Assembly: GCF_009914755.1 (NCBI RefSeq)
Contig: NC_060947.1
From: the human T2T-CHM13v2.0 reference genome, Homo sapiens
Length of the DNA: 64,000 nt
Strand: one strand, 5' to 3'
Shown: one piece after another, positions 44,564 to 58,794 of the stretch
Layout: the number at the start of each line of letters is the position of its first letter
Position numbering within the stretch: the stretch's first letter is position 1
Made by a program: the position numbers and the translations under genes
Notes under the pieces: generated by a model
Told to the model about the DNA's origin: nothing
The model's database searches: none
The model's input: the letters and a program-made list of their open reading frames with translations, nothing else

Positions 44564-44906
44564 TGATATGGTTTGAATGTGTCTCCTAAAAAGCATGTGT
44601 TGGAAACTTAATTCTTAATACAACAGTGTTGGGAGGTGGAGTCTTTTGGGAGGTGTTTAGGTGATGAGAACCCTACTCTCATGAATGGATTATAAAAGGC
44701 TTTGAGATTGTGAGTTTGATCTCTTGTTCTCTCTCACCATGTGATGCCTTCCCCATGTGAGGAGACAGCAAGAAGGCCCTCACCAGATGCAGCCCCTTGA
44801 TTTTGGACTTCCCAGACTCCAGAACCATGACTGAAATAAATTTCTGTTCATTTTCAATTATCCAGTCTGTGGTATTCTGTTATAGCAACACAGAACAGAC
44901 AAAAAT
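44564..44906 (+). mobile_element. MSTB/C-type solo LTR
   Basis: tgatatggtttgaatgtgtc...gaaggccctcaccagatgcag...ggtattctgttatagcaacac. Confidence 0.85.
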
Positions 44907-44996
44907 GTTATCTCTTGGTTGACATACCCCTTAATCATGGTTCTCCTCTTTTCCAGCCAGGCAAAATGACACTTTCAGCCATGAAGAAATGTTCCC

Positions 44997-46258
44997 TATC
45001 TTTCCATTTTCTCAATTCAAGGACCTCACTTTTCCTGCTGATTATTCTAGCAGATTTTCAATGCCCTCTCAGCAAAAGCAATACATTTTGTGGCTCTATA
45101 TTTTGCAGAAATCACCTCATAAATTTTTCAATGCACAATTAAACAAAAACTTTATTTCTGCATTGCTCAATATATATATGTATATATTGAGCCAGTTAAA
45201 ATTGTGCAGAGTACATTGTCTGGAAGGCCATCATGTTGTTGCTTTTCATTATGACTGACATGCCAGGAACCACACCAGAAATCCTAAAGGTGATAATAAT
45301 TATCATTCACTATGCAACAAACCCAAAACATCGTTGAGATTTGTTGTTTACAGGCAAGAGTGCAAAACTCAGCTTCATCTCTTCCTAGAAGTGCCACATA
45401 AAACTAGTTCTCTTCTCTCCCTCAACTTGGGCTTGAGGCCATGTAGTGCATGCACACCTCTGGGGATTTCTGAAAGACTGTAGACTTCAGTGCAAAACGC
45501 CCAGCCCAGTGCCTAGCTCAAGATACTCAGTCAAGAGTTATTAATATTGTAAGTAATGTTAAGGAAGATATCAGAAAATACACATTAAAATATGGTTATT
45601 AAGGAAAATTCCAGAATGGAGCCACTTTATTTGACCCAACAGAGACATGGCATGTTTAGAAGGCTTCTGTTTGCATGAACTATTGGGAAAGCAGCTACAA
45701 GTTGATGTTAGATCCCGGTTAAATGCTGAAGTACATATACTAATTCTCCTGTTTCTGTGTCAGACTCTCTGCAGGAGGATCAAGGAGTAATAAAAAGAGC
45801 AGAATATCTGCAGCTGCCAAGACCTCGGCTCTAATTCTAGATTTGCAGCCCATGGCTGCACAATAGGCACAAGAATGAACCAACGTCACCACCAAGGAAA
45901 GTGGCACAGCTGAGCTGCACCCACGTCTGACTCCAAGGGACCAGCTATTGACAGCTATTCACCATTTGGTTTCTGTGTGTCCCAGTCCTCACGTGGAAAA
46001 TGGGCAAATATTATCTGCTTCATCGGTATTCCTGGGAACCTAGAGGAAGCACTAGCCAATATCATTCACTTAGCATACCGGAGTTATCTTTCCATTTTCT
46101 TAATTCAAGAACCTTGCTCTTTTTGCCAATTATCTTAGTAGTTTTTCAGTGACCTCTCAGTAAAAGCAATGTATTTTGTAGCCTTGTCTTTCACAGAAAT
46201 CGCCTTATAAATTGTTTGATATACAATTAAACAAAAACTTTATTTCTGCATTGCTCAA
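44997..46258 (+). repeat. Pair of 174-bp direct repeats (44997-45170 and 46085-46258)
   Basis: tatctttccattttct..aattcaag...acaattaaacaaaaactttatttctgcattgctcaa in both. Confidence 0.92.
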
Positions 46259-46314
46259 AGAATATATATTTCATTTGTTATAAAATATTATAGCATTCAG
46301 CTAAGTCTCATACA

Positions 46315-47505
<1,191 letters not shown>

Positions 47506-49235
47506 TGTTGTCCAACATTTCTTTGACATCAACACTGTACACTGCAACAATATTGGTAAGTGTTTATATATATTATTTTGATTATTTTTTGCCTTAATAA
47601 TGCTCTATTATCACTTCCATCATAGGATTCCCTTCTGTCTGTCTGAATGTTTTCTTATCTAGGCTTCATCTGGTCCTGTGTTGTTGCATGACTTTTGTTA
47701 AATCTTTTAGTATCCTTGGTCTACGTGGCTTCCGTTATTACGCATCTTCTAATAAAGTGAGAAAATTATAATGAAGGGTTTTTCAAATCTTATGGCAGTA
47801 CTTCTTGTTCTGCCTGACCTTCCTTTGTGCTCCCATGGTTACAGTTACCGAAAAATAAAATAAAAAATCTGAGGGACTGCAACGGCATACAAGTATATAA
47901 TTCATCTCGACCTCTTACTTTACTAGTGCACTTACTAGAGATTTCAGCTCCAGCGTGATTCATTCTATAGGCATGTGGAAAGAGCTTTAAAGAGATGTGG
48001 GAGACGTGCAAGCTTTTGTGAGCTCCACCCTTAACACTGAAGCCATGCACCAGGCTTGAACGAGCCCAGCGTGCTTTATTTATCCTGGCAAATTAACTGG
48101 CAGTGGGCGGTTGTTTTGTGGGCATAAGGCTGCACCAAGATCAATTAAACCTTTCAACTAATGAGAATTTCCTTCATCTCATTGAACGTATACCATTTGT
48201 GATGATGAAAACTGAACGCATTGAGTCTCCCCTCTCTTGCAAAGCAAACGTGATTTTCTTTAACCCTTCCTAATTTTTCTCATGCTGATTTTGTGGCTGA
48301 CAGCGGGAGAAGCAGAGTCTGAGTCATGTCCATGGACTCAGCAAAAGCTGCACCCTGAGGTTGTCTCCATCTCTTTGTGAGTCTTTGTCGTGAATACCCG
48401 CAGGGAGCCATGATTTCTGGGCTTTCCTTGCAGTGGGCTGTGGTGCCCCCAATTCCTGCTGGATGACCCCATGGCCCATGAATCACAGTGGGGTCTCAGC
48501 AGTAAAGTGTGCAGTTCTGCAGACCAGCTGGGACTGTTCCTCCAGCCTGTGGTTCTCTAAGCTGATTTGAGTGCACTTTTTGACAAAGGCAGATTTTCTT
48601 GTTTGAAGCTGCATTGCCTCAGTTGGGGCTAATTAAGGAAGGTTTTATAGGAAGCTAATAAACCTTTCAGCAATCTGCAATCAGTTCACACTTGGGATTA
48701 TAATAATTGGATCTCAAAACCCAAATAAAAATTCCCAGTGTACTTCCTTCAACACTTTGCTCTGTGTCTCCAAATCCTTTTTGTACCTGGCTACAGTTTC
48801 ATTTTTGTCCTCGTAGCCTAAGCTTTCTTCTCTTTGTGTCTTTGGCTTCAAACATACTAATAAATATTGAACAGTCAAAGAAACTGAACTTTAAAATAAT
48901 GGAAAAGCAAAAACCTCTTAATGTGATTGTTTCTGGATCTGGTGATATTGAATGGATATCTGTCTTTTGTTATTTTTAATTATTTGCATGATACCCTCAA
49001 TTCATTATCTAGAAAAACAGTCCCCCTTTCAATCTCCCCACCCTGGTTGAATGAGACATGTTACTCATAGTCACTCAGGTTCAAACATTTTTTTGAAACT
49101 TATATTTCCTTTTTTACATGCAGACAATCACCAAACTCTAGAGAAGCTCGCTTATATTTTGCAACTATTTTTCCTAATTTCTGTTTTCTCTAGAACCACT
49201 TTATATCAAACTTTCATTAATCCTTGTCTAAATCA

Positions 49236-49408
49236 TGATAATCACCTCCTAACTAATTTTGACCAGGTGGTCAATTAATTTTGCCTAATGGAAATCAATC
49301 CAATGCAATCTCCTATTAATTTTCCTGAAATTTCTCACTGATCTGACAATCACAGCCTAACTAATTTTTACGAGGAAGCCAATTAATTTTTTCTAATGCA
49401 AATCAACC
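49236..49408. repeat. Diverged about 65-bp direct repeat, period 108 bp
   Basis: tga.aatcac..cctaactaatttt..c.agg..g.caattaatttt..ctaatg.aaatcaa x2. Confidence 0.85.
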
Positions 49409-49559
49409 TGAGTCGCCATGCCTCTTTTAATGTTGTTTAAATTCCTTACTGATTACATACTCCAAAGTATCTCGCTAAACCAAACAAAAACCCCACAACT
49501 GTTCCATATTGACTATCCAATTCACTCCAATATGGAACATGCTTTAAAATGCAGTACAG

Positions 49560-49872
49560 GGGCTGGGAACAGTGGCTGACAGCTATAATGCCAGCGCTTT
49601 GGGAAGCCAAGGTGGGAGAATCTCTTGAGGCTAGGAGTTTGAGACCAGTCTGGGCAACATAGTAAAACCCTGTATCTACAAAAAATTTTAAAAGTTAGCC
49701 AAGCATGGTGGTGTGCACCTGTAGTCCCAACTACTTGGGAGGCTGAGATTGGAGGATCACTAGAGCCAAGGAGGTCAAGGATGCAGTGAGCTATGATCAC
49801 GCCACTGAACTCCAGCCTGAGTGAGAGCGAGAGTCTGTCTCTAAAAATAAATAAGTAAAATAAAAGAGTAAA
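49560..49872 (+). mobile_element. AluJ
   Basis: Sense Alu; TSD taaaatgcagtaca / taaaatgcagcaca. Confidence 0.93.
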
Positions 49873-50669
49873 TAAAATGCAGCACAAGACGTCCAGCATT
49901 TTCTTCCACCCCAAAGCCCATACAACCCGTCTTTAAGCCAAACTGAACCACTCATTCTTTCCCAAAATAACCCTAAAGAACCACATCCCTGGGTCTGGCT
50001 TAAGCTGACAATTCTCTGCTAAAGGGGCTTGTACAAATCATAGCCATCCTTGACTGACTTTTCTTCTAAGACCTCGTTTCTAACTCAAATTTATTCCCTT
50101 TATAGTTCCCTCATCTACCTCTGCTAATGAGCGTATAGGAGGTCATCTAGCCTGTCAACACTCACTGAGGCGTCTGTCTCATTTCTTCCATCAAATGGTG
50201 AATCATGTTCAATGGTAGGTATTCAGTCAATATGGAAAAGTGTAAATGACTGAAGCTAAAATGTATGGAACAACACTGAATTATCACATTCCTTTTTGTT
50301 CTAGCTGTCATGCAAGGTCAACTATACTTGGAATTCTGTCGCTAAGAACTAAAGTTTGAGTTCAATTAAAAAACAACTCATTCATAAACATGTTGTCCTG
50401 ATATTTCATCAGCTATCTTAACAGCAAATACAATAGAAAAATGGTGCTTCTATTGCCTAAAGGTAACATAAATAATGCTTGGTAAAGTAAACCCTGTTGG
50501 CACCTTGAGTTATTGACAAACTCAAAGCAAAAAAGGCAGAAGTGGAGGGGGGAAAATTCCAAGAATCTACTTAAATATGTATGTAGAATTTGGGTGGGAA
50601 GTTAGAGAATATGAATTACTCCAAGTCATACTTTTATTTCATTTCTTTTCAAACCATGTGAAATTCATT

Positions 50670-51264
50670 AATTTTTTTAACTTGTATTTTAGGTTTGAGG
50701 GTACATGTGAAGGTTTATTGCAATAGTAAACTTGTGTCAGGGGTACATGTTGTGCAGATTATTTCATTACTCACATATTAAACCCAGTACCCAAGAGTTA
50801 TCTTTTCTGCTCCTCTCCCTCTCTCTCTCCCTCCCTCCCTCCCTCTCTCATCTCCTTCCTCCCACCCTCCCCGCTCAAGTATACCCCAGTGTCTGTTGTT
50901 TCCTTCTTTGTGTTCATAATTTCTTATCATTTACCTCCCATTTATAAGTGAGAACATGCAGTATTTGGTTTTCTGTTCCTGTGTTAGTTTGCTAAGGATA
51001 ATGGCCTCCAGCTCCATCCATGTTCCTGCAAAAGACATGATCTCATTCTTTTTTATGGCTGCATAGTAAGCAGAAATTCCCTTTGACCCAGCAATCCCAT
51101 TACTGGGTATATACCCAGAGGAATATAAATCATTCTTACATAAAAACACATGCATGTGAATGTTCACTGCAGCACTATTTACAATGGCAAAGTCATGGAA
51201 TCAACCTAAATGCCCATCAATGACAGATTGGATAAAGCAAATGTGGTCCACATACACAATGGAA
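50670..51264 (-). mobile_element. Short 5'-inverted L1 (old L1PA/L1PB)
   Basis: Antisense 50670-51068, sense 51069-51264; TSD aattcatt. Confidence 0.88.
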
Positions 51265-51911
51265 TTCATTCTTTTTATTTTCTGGGGAGCAGTCTGCCAC
51301 ACACAGAGAATTATATATCTGAACACCAAACGGCCAGACTTGGTGGTCACTTTATTTGTGAGAAAGCAAACCTGGGAAGTCTTGAAATGGCAAACCTTTC
51401 AGAAGAGATGGCAGAGACTCTCCTACACATTCTACTCTCAATGCTCTATCTTGTTCTTTCCATCCCAGATCTCCCTCCCATCAGTCTTTTACTACTCAAT
51501 CCTGAGGCCTGGACGTACCCACAAAAGTGAGTTCTATTGATTGCGCTAAGCTGTTAAAATAAAATATGCTTTCCCTGAATGTGATGCAGGTAAATCCAGA
51601 TAGGAAACAACTGTTTATGTATTCATGGGATAGACCAAGAGTCTTGCAAAGTGGCCTGGTCAAAGTCGACACATCATTTCCTTGGGGAAATCTTGCATCA
51701 GATTTCACCACACATCTGTTTTATAAACTCTGACAGCATCTGACATTTATAGTACTGATCATAACTGTTTTATCAATTGGTTATTGGGATAATTATTCAT
51801 TGAAACTTTGCCTTAATTACTGAAATTTTTATTAAACTCTTCTTACCTTGTTTGGCATATAGAATATGCCCCTTATTAAATAAAGGCATGGATGAGATTA
51901 TCTACATAATA

Positions 51912-52107
51912 GGTGGTGTGCTAAGCAAACCATCTCTCAAAATACACACACACACTTGTTAGTGGTGTTTGCCAATTCCCATGGTGTAAATTCTCCCACT
52001 ACGGTTCATTTCAAGCTACATACGGTTGGACAGATGGCTCACACAATTCCTGGATGTTTCATGGTTAGCTCCTAAAAGTCAGAATGAGCCCATTCCAGAG
52101 CATCGCT
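51912..52107. mobile_element. MER63-like hAT MITE
   Basis: gtttgccaattcccatggtgtaaattctcccac...atttcaagctac. Confidence 0.55.
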
Positions 52108-52892
52108 CATGCATAAAGGTGTGAGGATGCCTTTGCTCAATTTCAACAACCTTTCTCAAAAACAGAGTACACTTAGTAATCTAGACTTGGGAAGATTCTT
52201 CTTAAATGTGATGGACATTTTCTTTTGGCTACGGGGTGCATATTTTCTTGAACAGAGAAGTCCTTTTTTAGACAATCTGATAAAATCAGAACCAGAGTTC
52301 TGAGCATTACCTACAAAAGGCTGTCCTAGGGACATTTTTCTTCTCTAAAAATCAGAAACATTGCCAACCACAGCTTTGGAAAGTGGCCAGTAAAATAAAA
52401 CAAGAAAAAGAAGCCAGAGATATAACTATGGGAAGAGAGGGAAAGCTATATTTTCCCACAGGCAATATGACCAATTAAGTAGCTCAGCTGAAAATGATGC
52501 AAATAAACAAGACCTTCCCAAGAAAGTTTAGCAAAAATGTTCAAGGCTTCTACAAATATGCTGAAAACCTGGAAATATATATGTCCTTGCATGAGAAAAC
52601 ACAATGTTATAAATAATACATACTAAAAATTTGATTCATCTTTTAAAAGAAATCCAATTAAAATCTCAATGACTTTTGGTGATAAATATTTAGTAAATGA
52701 AATTTATCTAAAGACAAAAATTAGTATGAAGACATATAACAATGTGGAAAATATAAGAAAGCACGGGTTTTCATATTAAAATATGTTGTAAGACACCCTA
52801 CAATAAAACAGAGAACAGAAACTCACATGGGTATTTAATGTGAGTGACATTTATGGTCACTGAGGAAATAATAAATTACTTAATACATGATG

Positions 52893-53207
52893 CTATATGG
52901 TTTGGCTGTGTCCCCACCCAAATCTCATCTTGAATTGCAGTTCCCATAATCTCCACATATCATGGGAGGGCCCCGGTGGGAGGTAATTGAATCATTGGGG
53001 GTGATAGTCTTATAAGGAGTTTTTACCCCTTTGCTTGGCTCTCATTCTCTCTCCTCCCACCCTGTGAAGATGTGCCTTCCACCATGATTGTAAATTTCCT
53101 GAGGCCTCCCCAGCCATGTGGAACTGTGAGTCAATTAAACCTCCTTTCTTTATAAATTATCCAGTCTTGGGTATTTCTTCATAGCAGCATGAGAACAAAC
53201 TAATACA
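52893..53207 (+). mobile_element. THE1 solo LTR
   Basis: atatggtttggctgtgtccccacccaaatctc...aaactaataca; TSD tgatg/tgacg. Confidence 0.92.
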
Positions 53208-53299
53208 TGACGTTAGAAAAATTGGTTTAATATTCAGGTAAAACAAATTTAGATCTTGATTTCACACCATATAGTCAAGTGAGTTCCAAATGCTTTAAG

Positions 53300-53773
53300 T
53301 TTTTATATATATATATACTTATATATATATACTTATATATATATTTATATATATACTTATATATATATTTTTATATATATACTTATATATGTATATATAT
53401 ACATATATATGTATATATATACGTATATATATATTTTTATATATATACACACATATATATACATATATATATATACTTATATATATTTTAGAGGCAAGGT
53501 CTTGCTTTATCGCCCATGCTAGAGTGCAGTGGCACAATCATAACTCAATGCAGCCTCCAACTTCTGGACTCAAGCAATCCTCCTGCCTCTGTTTCCCAAG
53601 TAGCAGGGACTACAGGCATGTGCCACCACACCCACCTAATTTTTTAAAAAAGCTTTTGTAGAGACGGTTTCACTGTATTGTCCAGGCTGGTCTGAACTCT
53701 TGGCCTCAAGCAATCCTTCCACCTTAGCCTCCCAAACTGCTAGGATTACAGGTGTGAGCCACTGCACCTGGCC
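53300..53773 (-). mobile_element. AluJ (53488-53773) with an expanded (TA)n-rich tail
   Basis: Antisense Alu preceded by about 190 bp of TA array. Confidence 0.9.
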
Positions 53774-54099
53774 AAATTCTAATATTTAAAGATGAAAAAT
53801 ATTATAAAAGTATGTGAGCAATATCTTATGTCAGAAAGAAGAGTGACCTATTAAACACAAAGAAGAGTGAATAACAAAGGAAAAAATGAAAGATACAGCT
53901 ACAAATAATTTAACACTACTGTACCTTCCAAAAATGCAGTTCCATAAACAAAATAGAAAGAAAAATGGTAACTGTGAACAAAGTATTTTTTTATATTTAG
54001 AGCAATATTAATGCCTCTTATGTATTTGCTATATTTAAGGCTCCCTATGTAGATTAATTCTTACTGCTCAGCAAACCAAGGCTGAGCAGCTCAGTAGAT

Positions 54100-54365
54100 A
54101 AAGGATGCAAAATTACAGCCAGACAGGAAGAATAAGTTATAGTGTTCTATATCCTTGTAGGGTGACTATAGTAACACAAATATATTATATAGTTTCCAAT
54201 AGCTAGAAAGAGGGAACTGAATGTTCCCCACACAAAGAAATGATATATGTTTGAGATGATGAATATGCTAATTACCCTAATGTGATCAGTATTCATCATA
54301 TGTATCAAAACATCACTACGTACCCCCTAAATTATCCTATGTCAGTTAAAACTTTAAAAAAGAAA
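54100..54365 (+). mobile_element. L1MA 3' end
   Basis: aaggatgcaaaattacagccagacaggaagaataagtt...gatgaatatgctaattaccct. Confidence 0.82.
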
Positions 54366-54540
54366 TGTAAGGACAAAACAAAAAATAAAATTCTTCCAAG
54401 AGATGGCCAAATTAGGTAGTTTGGCAAAGAAGAAGGGGGTTGGGAGGAGGAGGAGTAAAAAGAAGAGGGGGAGAAGGAAAGAAGAAGAAAGGAAGAAGAA
54501 GGAAGAAGAAGGAGGAGGAGGAAGAGGAGGAGGAGGCCAT

Positions 54541-54891
54541 TGAGACAGGTGACTTTGCAAAAGGTGGGGTGTGTCTCAGTGCTGGTGTGCATAAAGGAAG
54601 TTGAGGCGAAGTAGGGATGTTGATGGCTCAACTCAGCATAGTGATTGGAACTTGGAGGTTTACTGCTACCATTTGGGGCAATGAGAGGTTGGAGTAAGAT
54701 CGCATCTAAAGATTCAATCTAAGATTTCATCTTGTAATAAAAGTAAGGAGATAGAGCGAAGTCTACAGAGACACAAGCTAGAACAGCAGTTCTCAATCTT
54801 GGCGGAACATTAGAATCGCCAGGGAGTTTGCACAAATACCAACACCCAAACAAAAAATAACCAAGATTTCTTTTTAATTACTATTTGTGCT
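54541..54891 (+). repeat. Composite copy of 58561-58860 joined to a copy of 57795-57840
   Basis: Collinear matches to both sources; junction microhomology caaa at 54847-54850. Confidence 0.92.
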
Positions 54892-54944
54892 CCTGCAAGA
54901 AGAGGAGGAGGAGGAGGAGGCAGGAGGAGGAGAATGAGGAGAGT

Positions 54945-55862
54945 GAAGAGGAAAGAGAAGAGGAGAGGGAGGAGACAGGAAGAGCATACCGCTTTGTGGC
55001 TATCAAATTACAAGTTGTTAAAATGATAGTAATTCTTGGGAAGCGTAGTGGTAAAATGTGCACTCTCATAGGCTGGCATGGTGACAATATAAATTGGAAA
55101 AATCTCTTTGAAAGGCATTTTGGAAATGTTTTGCAAGAGCCTTAAATATGCTCATACACTTTACTGTGGCCATTCCATATCTCAGAATTTCAGAGACTAT
55201 GGGGATTCTTTGCAGAGGTGGGCAAAGTTGTGAAACAGTCTAGATGTCCCCCAAGACAGGATTAAATACTGAGTGACACATCTATACATCCCTAGGATGA
55301 GGCTGACTGATGTTGAGCTATGCAAATCAAATATTGGGGTTTTGGGGGCGGAGGTGAACTTTAAACCACATGATCTGATTTATAATCCAAACTGCAATTA
55401 CATAGTGTGCATACACACTAACCAAAATCTGGGCATGTTCAGAATATTTATCTTTGAGGAATAAGATTGCAAATAATTTTTATTTATTCATTCTTTTCTA
55501 TTCAAATATATATTATATTATATAGAATATAATATTCTAATATATTTCTATGTCTCGTTATTTATAACAGTTACACTATGAAATAAAGGCTTTTCACAAA
55601 GACAGAAGCTAGTTCCAGCTATGTGTGTGAAAATGCTGGAAACTTGTTTTTCCTCTCCAAACAGGGGCTGATTCTCCTTCCTAAATGCCCTTAAAAGAGT
55701 TTTTTTTTTTCAATTTATATTGTCACTATGCCAGCCTATGAGAGTGCACATTTTACCTCCACGCTTCCCAAGAATTGCTGTCATTTTAACAACTCCTAAT
55801 TTGATAGCCACAAAGGGATATGCTCTTCCTGTCTCCTCCCTCTCCTCTTCCCTTTCCTCTTC
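54945..55862. repeat. About 180-bp inverted repeats (54945-55125 / 55678-55862)
   Basis: ggtaaaatgtgcactctcataggctggcat is mirrored by atgccagcctatgagagtgcacattttacc. Confidence 0.93.
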
Positions 55863-58794
55863 CCTCCCCTTCTCCTCCTCTTCTTCTTCCTTTTCCTCCT
55901 TCTCTCCTTCTCCTCCTTCTTTCTCCTTCTCCTTCTCCTCCTATTCTTCCTCTTCCTTTCCTCCTCTTCCTCCTCCTCCTCCTCCTACTCCGCCTTGTCC
56001 TCCAGCCACCTGGCTCCAGGGTGGATTTTTGTGCCTGCTCTTGTTTCAGCAAGGAGGACATCAAGACAGATTATCTTTCTCTGTTTGAGAATGTATTAAA
56101 TGCAGTATTTTCTGTAGAAAAATATCAGTGGTTATTTTTTTTCCTATTAGTTTAAATACTTGCCTAATAAAAGTCTCACTTTTCCAGAATCAACAATAAA
56201 AAAATAAAACTGCAGTGGGTTTTAATCCAGTCATCTGAAAATCATTTTTTATCTCTTCCTTTAAGTAGTTACTTAAAATGAACCTCAACCTCCTACCATC
56301 ATCCAGAAAGGAAGATAGAAAATGTTTATACACATAAGCTATTTTTATAATGATTCAAAGCCAAATCTTGAGGAAAAACTATAAACTTCAACCCCTCAGC
56401 CAGGCCCAGAAAATGTATGATTGCATTATGTTGACATATTTCACAAAAGCTTATATAACATAAAATAATGAAAAAAGACTGTGTGAGCCTTCTGTTTCAC
56501 GTGGAAACTCTTAGATTTTTCGTTTGCTTGTTTTTTCTTATTGTCTTAAAATTCACGTTGCTGGACATTAATGAAAAATAGCTTTGCTTTTTTTCTTCCA
56601 AAAGCCACATGTCCATATTTCTTTTTCGTAACAGAAAGTTGAAGCTAGATTCCACTAACAATGCTTCACTATTCCCCAACCTCTTTATGGCTTTTTTAAA
56701 ACATAAAATATACTTGTTTAGAAATCTCTTAAATGATAAAGAGGGCTAAGAGTCTTAAGATTGTGAATAGGGACTTGTAGAAAATTGTAATGTATGCTGT
56801 GATTAATAATCCAACTAAATTGTATCAGGGACACTTGCCTGGGCTGCAGACGACATTTCTCTATCACTTACTTGTGGGGAGAACTTCAGTTGGTACATAA
56901 TCCCATGAACCCTAGTACCCTAATCTGGAATAAAGAAATAATGTTCAGCCTACAGTATTGTTATACACTTTAAATGGCAGTATAAGGGAATGCTTTTACA
57001 AAATTATAATTCATTGTGTAAATTGGAGTTATGCTATTAATACCATTGCATCAAAGAAATAATAATCATCATCCTCAAAACAATAATAGATGGTATTTAT
57101 GTATCATTTCTAGGGGAGCCTTTCACAAATATTATTTCATTTAAACATGACAACATTTTGTGGCTTTGTGGAAATATACTATGGGTAAAATAAACCTCAG
57201 TCTAACAGAGGCATACCTTGATAAGTATTGCTTTCTGATGTCAAGAGCAAGAGTGTTTCTCAAGAGGTATGACAGCAGTGAGGATAAGAAGATAAGGTAT
57301 AGTATGATAATAGCCTTTGTGGACACCCACTGAAGGTGCTCTGAATTCATTCAAGAACTCAAGTTCTTCCTACCTTGACTTCCCCATCCCCTAGTGCCTT
57401 ATAATCCCTTTATTGAGTGGGGAATGAGAACAGAGAGGTAGAAGAGCATCCTTGCTTCTTTACTCCTGAGCCTAGAAAGGACACACACCATTGATGGGAA
57501 TTCATCACATCACCCCATTGGCGGGAATCCATCACATGACTCCACCTCAGAGCAAGGGAGCATGGGAAATGTAGTCTTTGCCTCGGGATCTACATTCAAT
57601 AAGGCAGGCAGTGCGTGGCGCTTGGTGGACAGGTAGCCACTTCTGCCTCAGGGCAGTTGCATCGCCATCAATGTTGCAGGTCAAGGAACTGGGCAATTCA
57701 ATTACTGGGAGTCAGATGTAGGTCCAGGCTACATTATGGCAGAACTGCTTCTTTAACACATGTTTTCTTTTGCACTCAAAAGGGAGGAATGTGTCAAACA
57801 AAAAATAACCAAGATTTCTTTTTAATTTATTATTTGTGCTTGAAAATGTCCCCCAAATTATGTTTTCCCTCCTACATGTGACTGTTTGGATTATCCATCT
57901 CTCCACTTGGAATCCCATCTCTTCATTTCTCCATCCGTTATTCCATAACTTCCAAAGAGAAATAGAAAGACTTTTAAAATAAGAATGAACAATTCAGGCC
58001 ACATTAAGATGTGTCCAAGAAGTTGGATAATATTCACGAGTGTGAATATTATCTTTTACACATAGGAAGCTTTTTATAAACAGATTACAGACATGCTCAA
58101 ATGAAATTCTTTAACTGGGTTTAATGAATCCTAAAGGTGCAAGGTATGCTAGTTTTATGGTGTGGACTAAAACAGGCAGCAGTAATTACAGTGTGAGATT
58201 TGGGTAAGTGTTTTGTGTAATAAAGGAGTTAGCAGGTTATTTTTAAATTGATTTAATAGTAGTCTCAAAAATGAGTCCCTCAATCTTGAATCTATTCATA
58301 CACACATATACTCATACACATACATATAATTTTATACTTATATTTTATATTTATATATGTTTTATATTATATACTATATATTTTATCTATCTACTTATCC
58401 CAGACTAATAATTATTTTTAAAATGGCTCAAATAACATATATTCTGAGGCTAGTTTCTCTTTAGAAGGAAAAAATACTATTTAAACCAGTGCACTAAGGT
58501 GCCAAATAATTCCATTTGGAAAGAAAATTGTTCTTTTGGGGGAGTAAACTAAAATGTCAATGAGACTTTTTGACTTTGCAAAGGTTGGAGTGTGTCCCAG
58601 TGCTGGTGTGCACGGAGCAGCTTCAGGCAAAGTAAGGATGTTGATGGCTCAGCTCAGCATAGTGATTGGAATTTGAAGGTTTACTGCTACCATTTGGGGG
58701 AACAAAATTTTGGAGCTTCAAGCAAGATTGGATTTAAAGTTCTTAGAATGAAAGTAAGGAGGTAGAGTGAAGCCTACAGAGACGCAAGCTAGAA

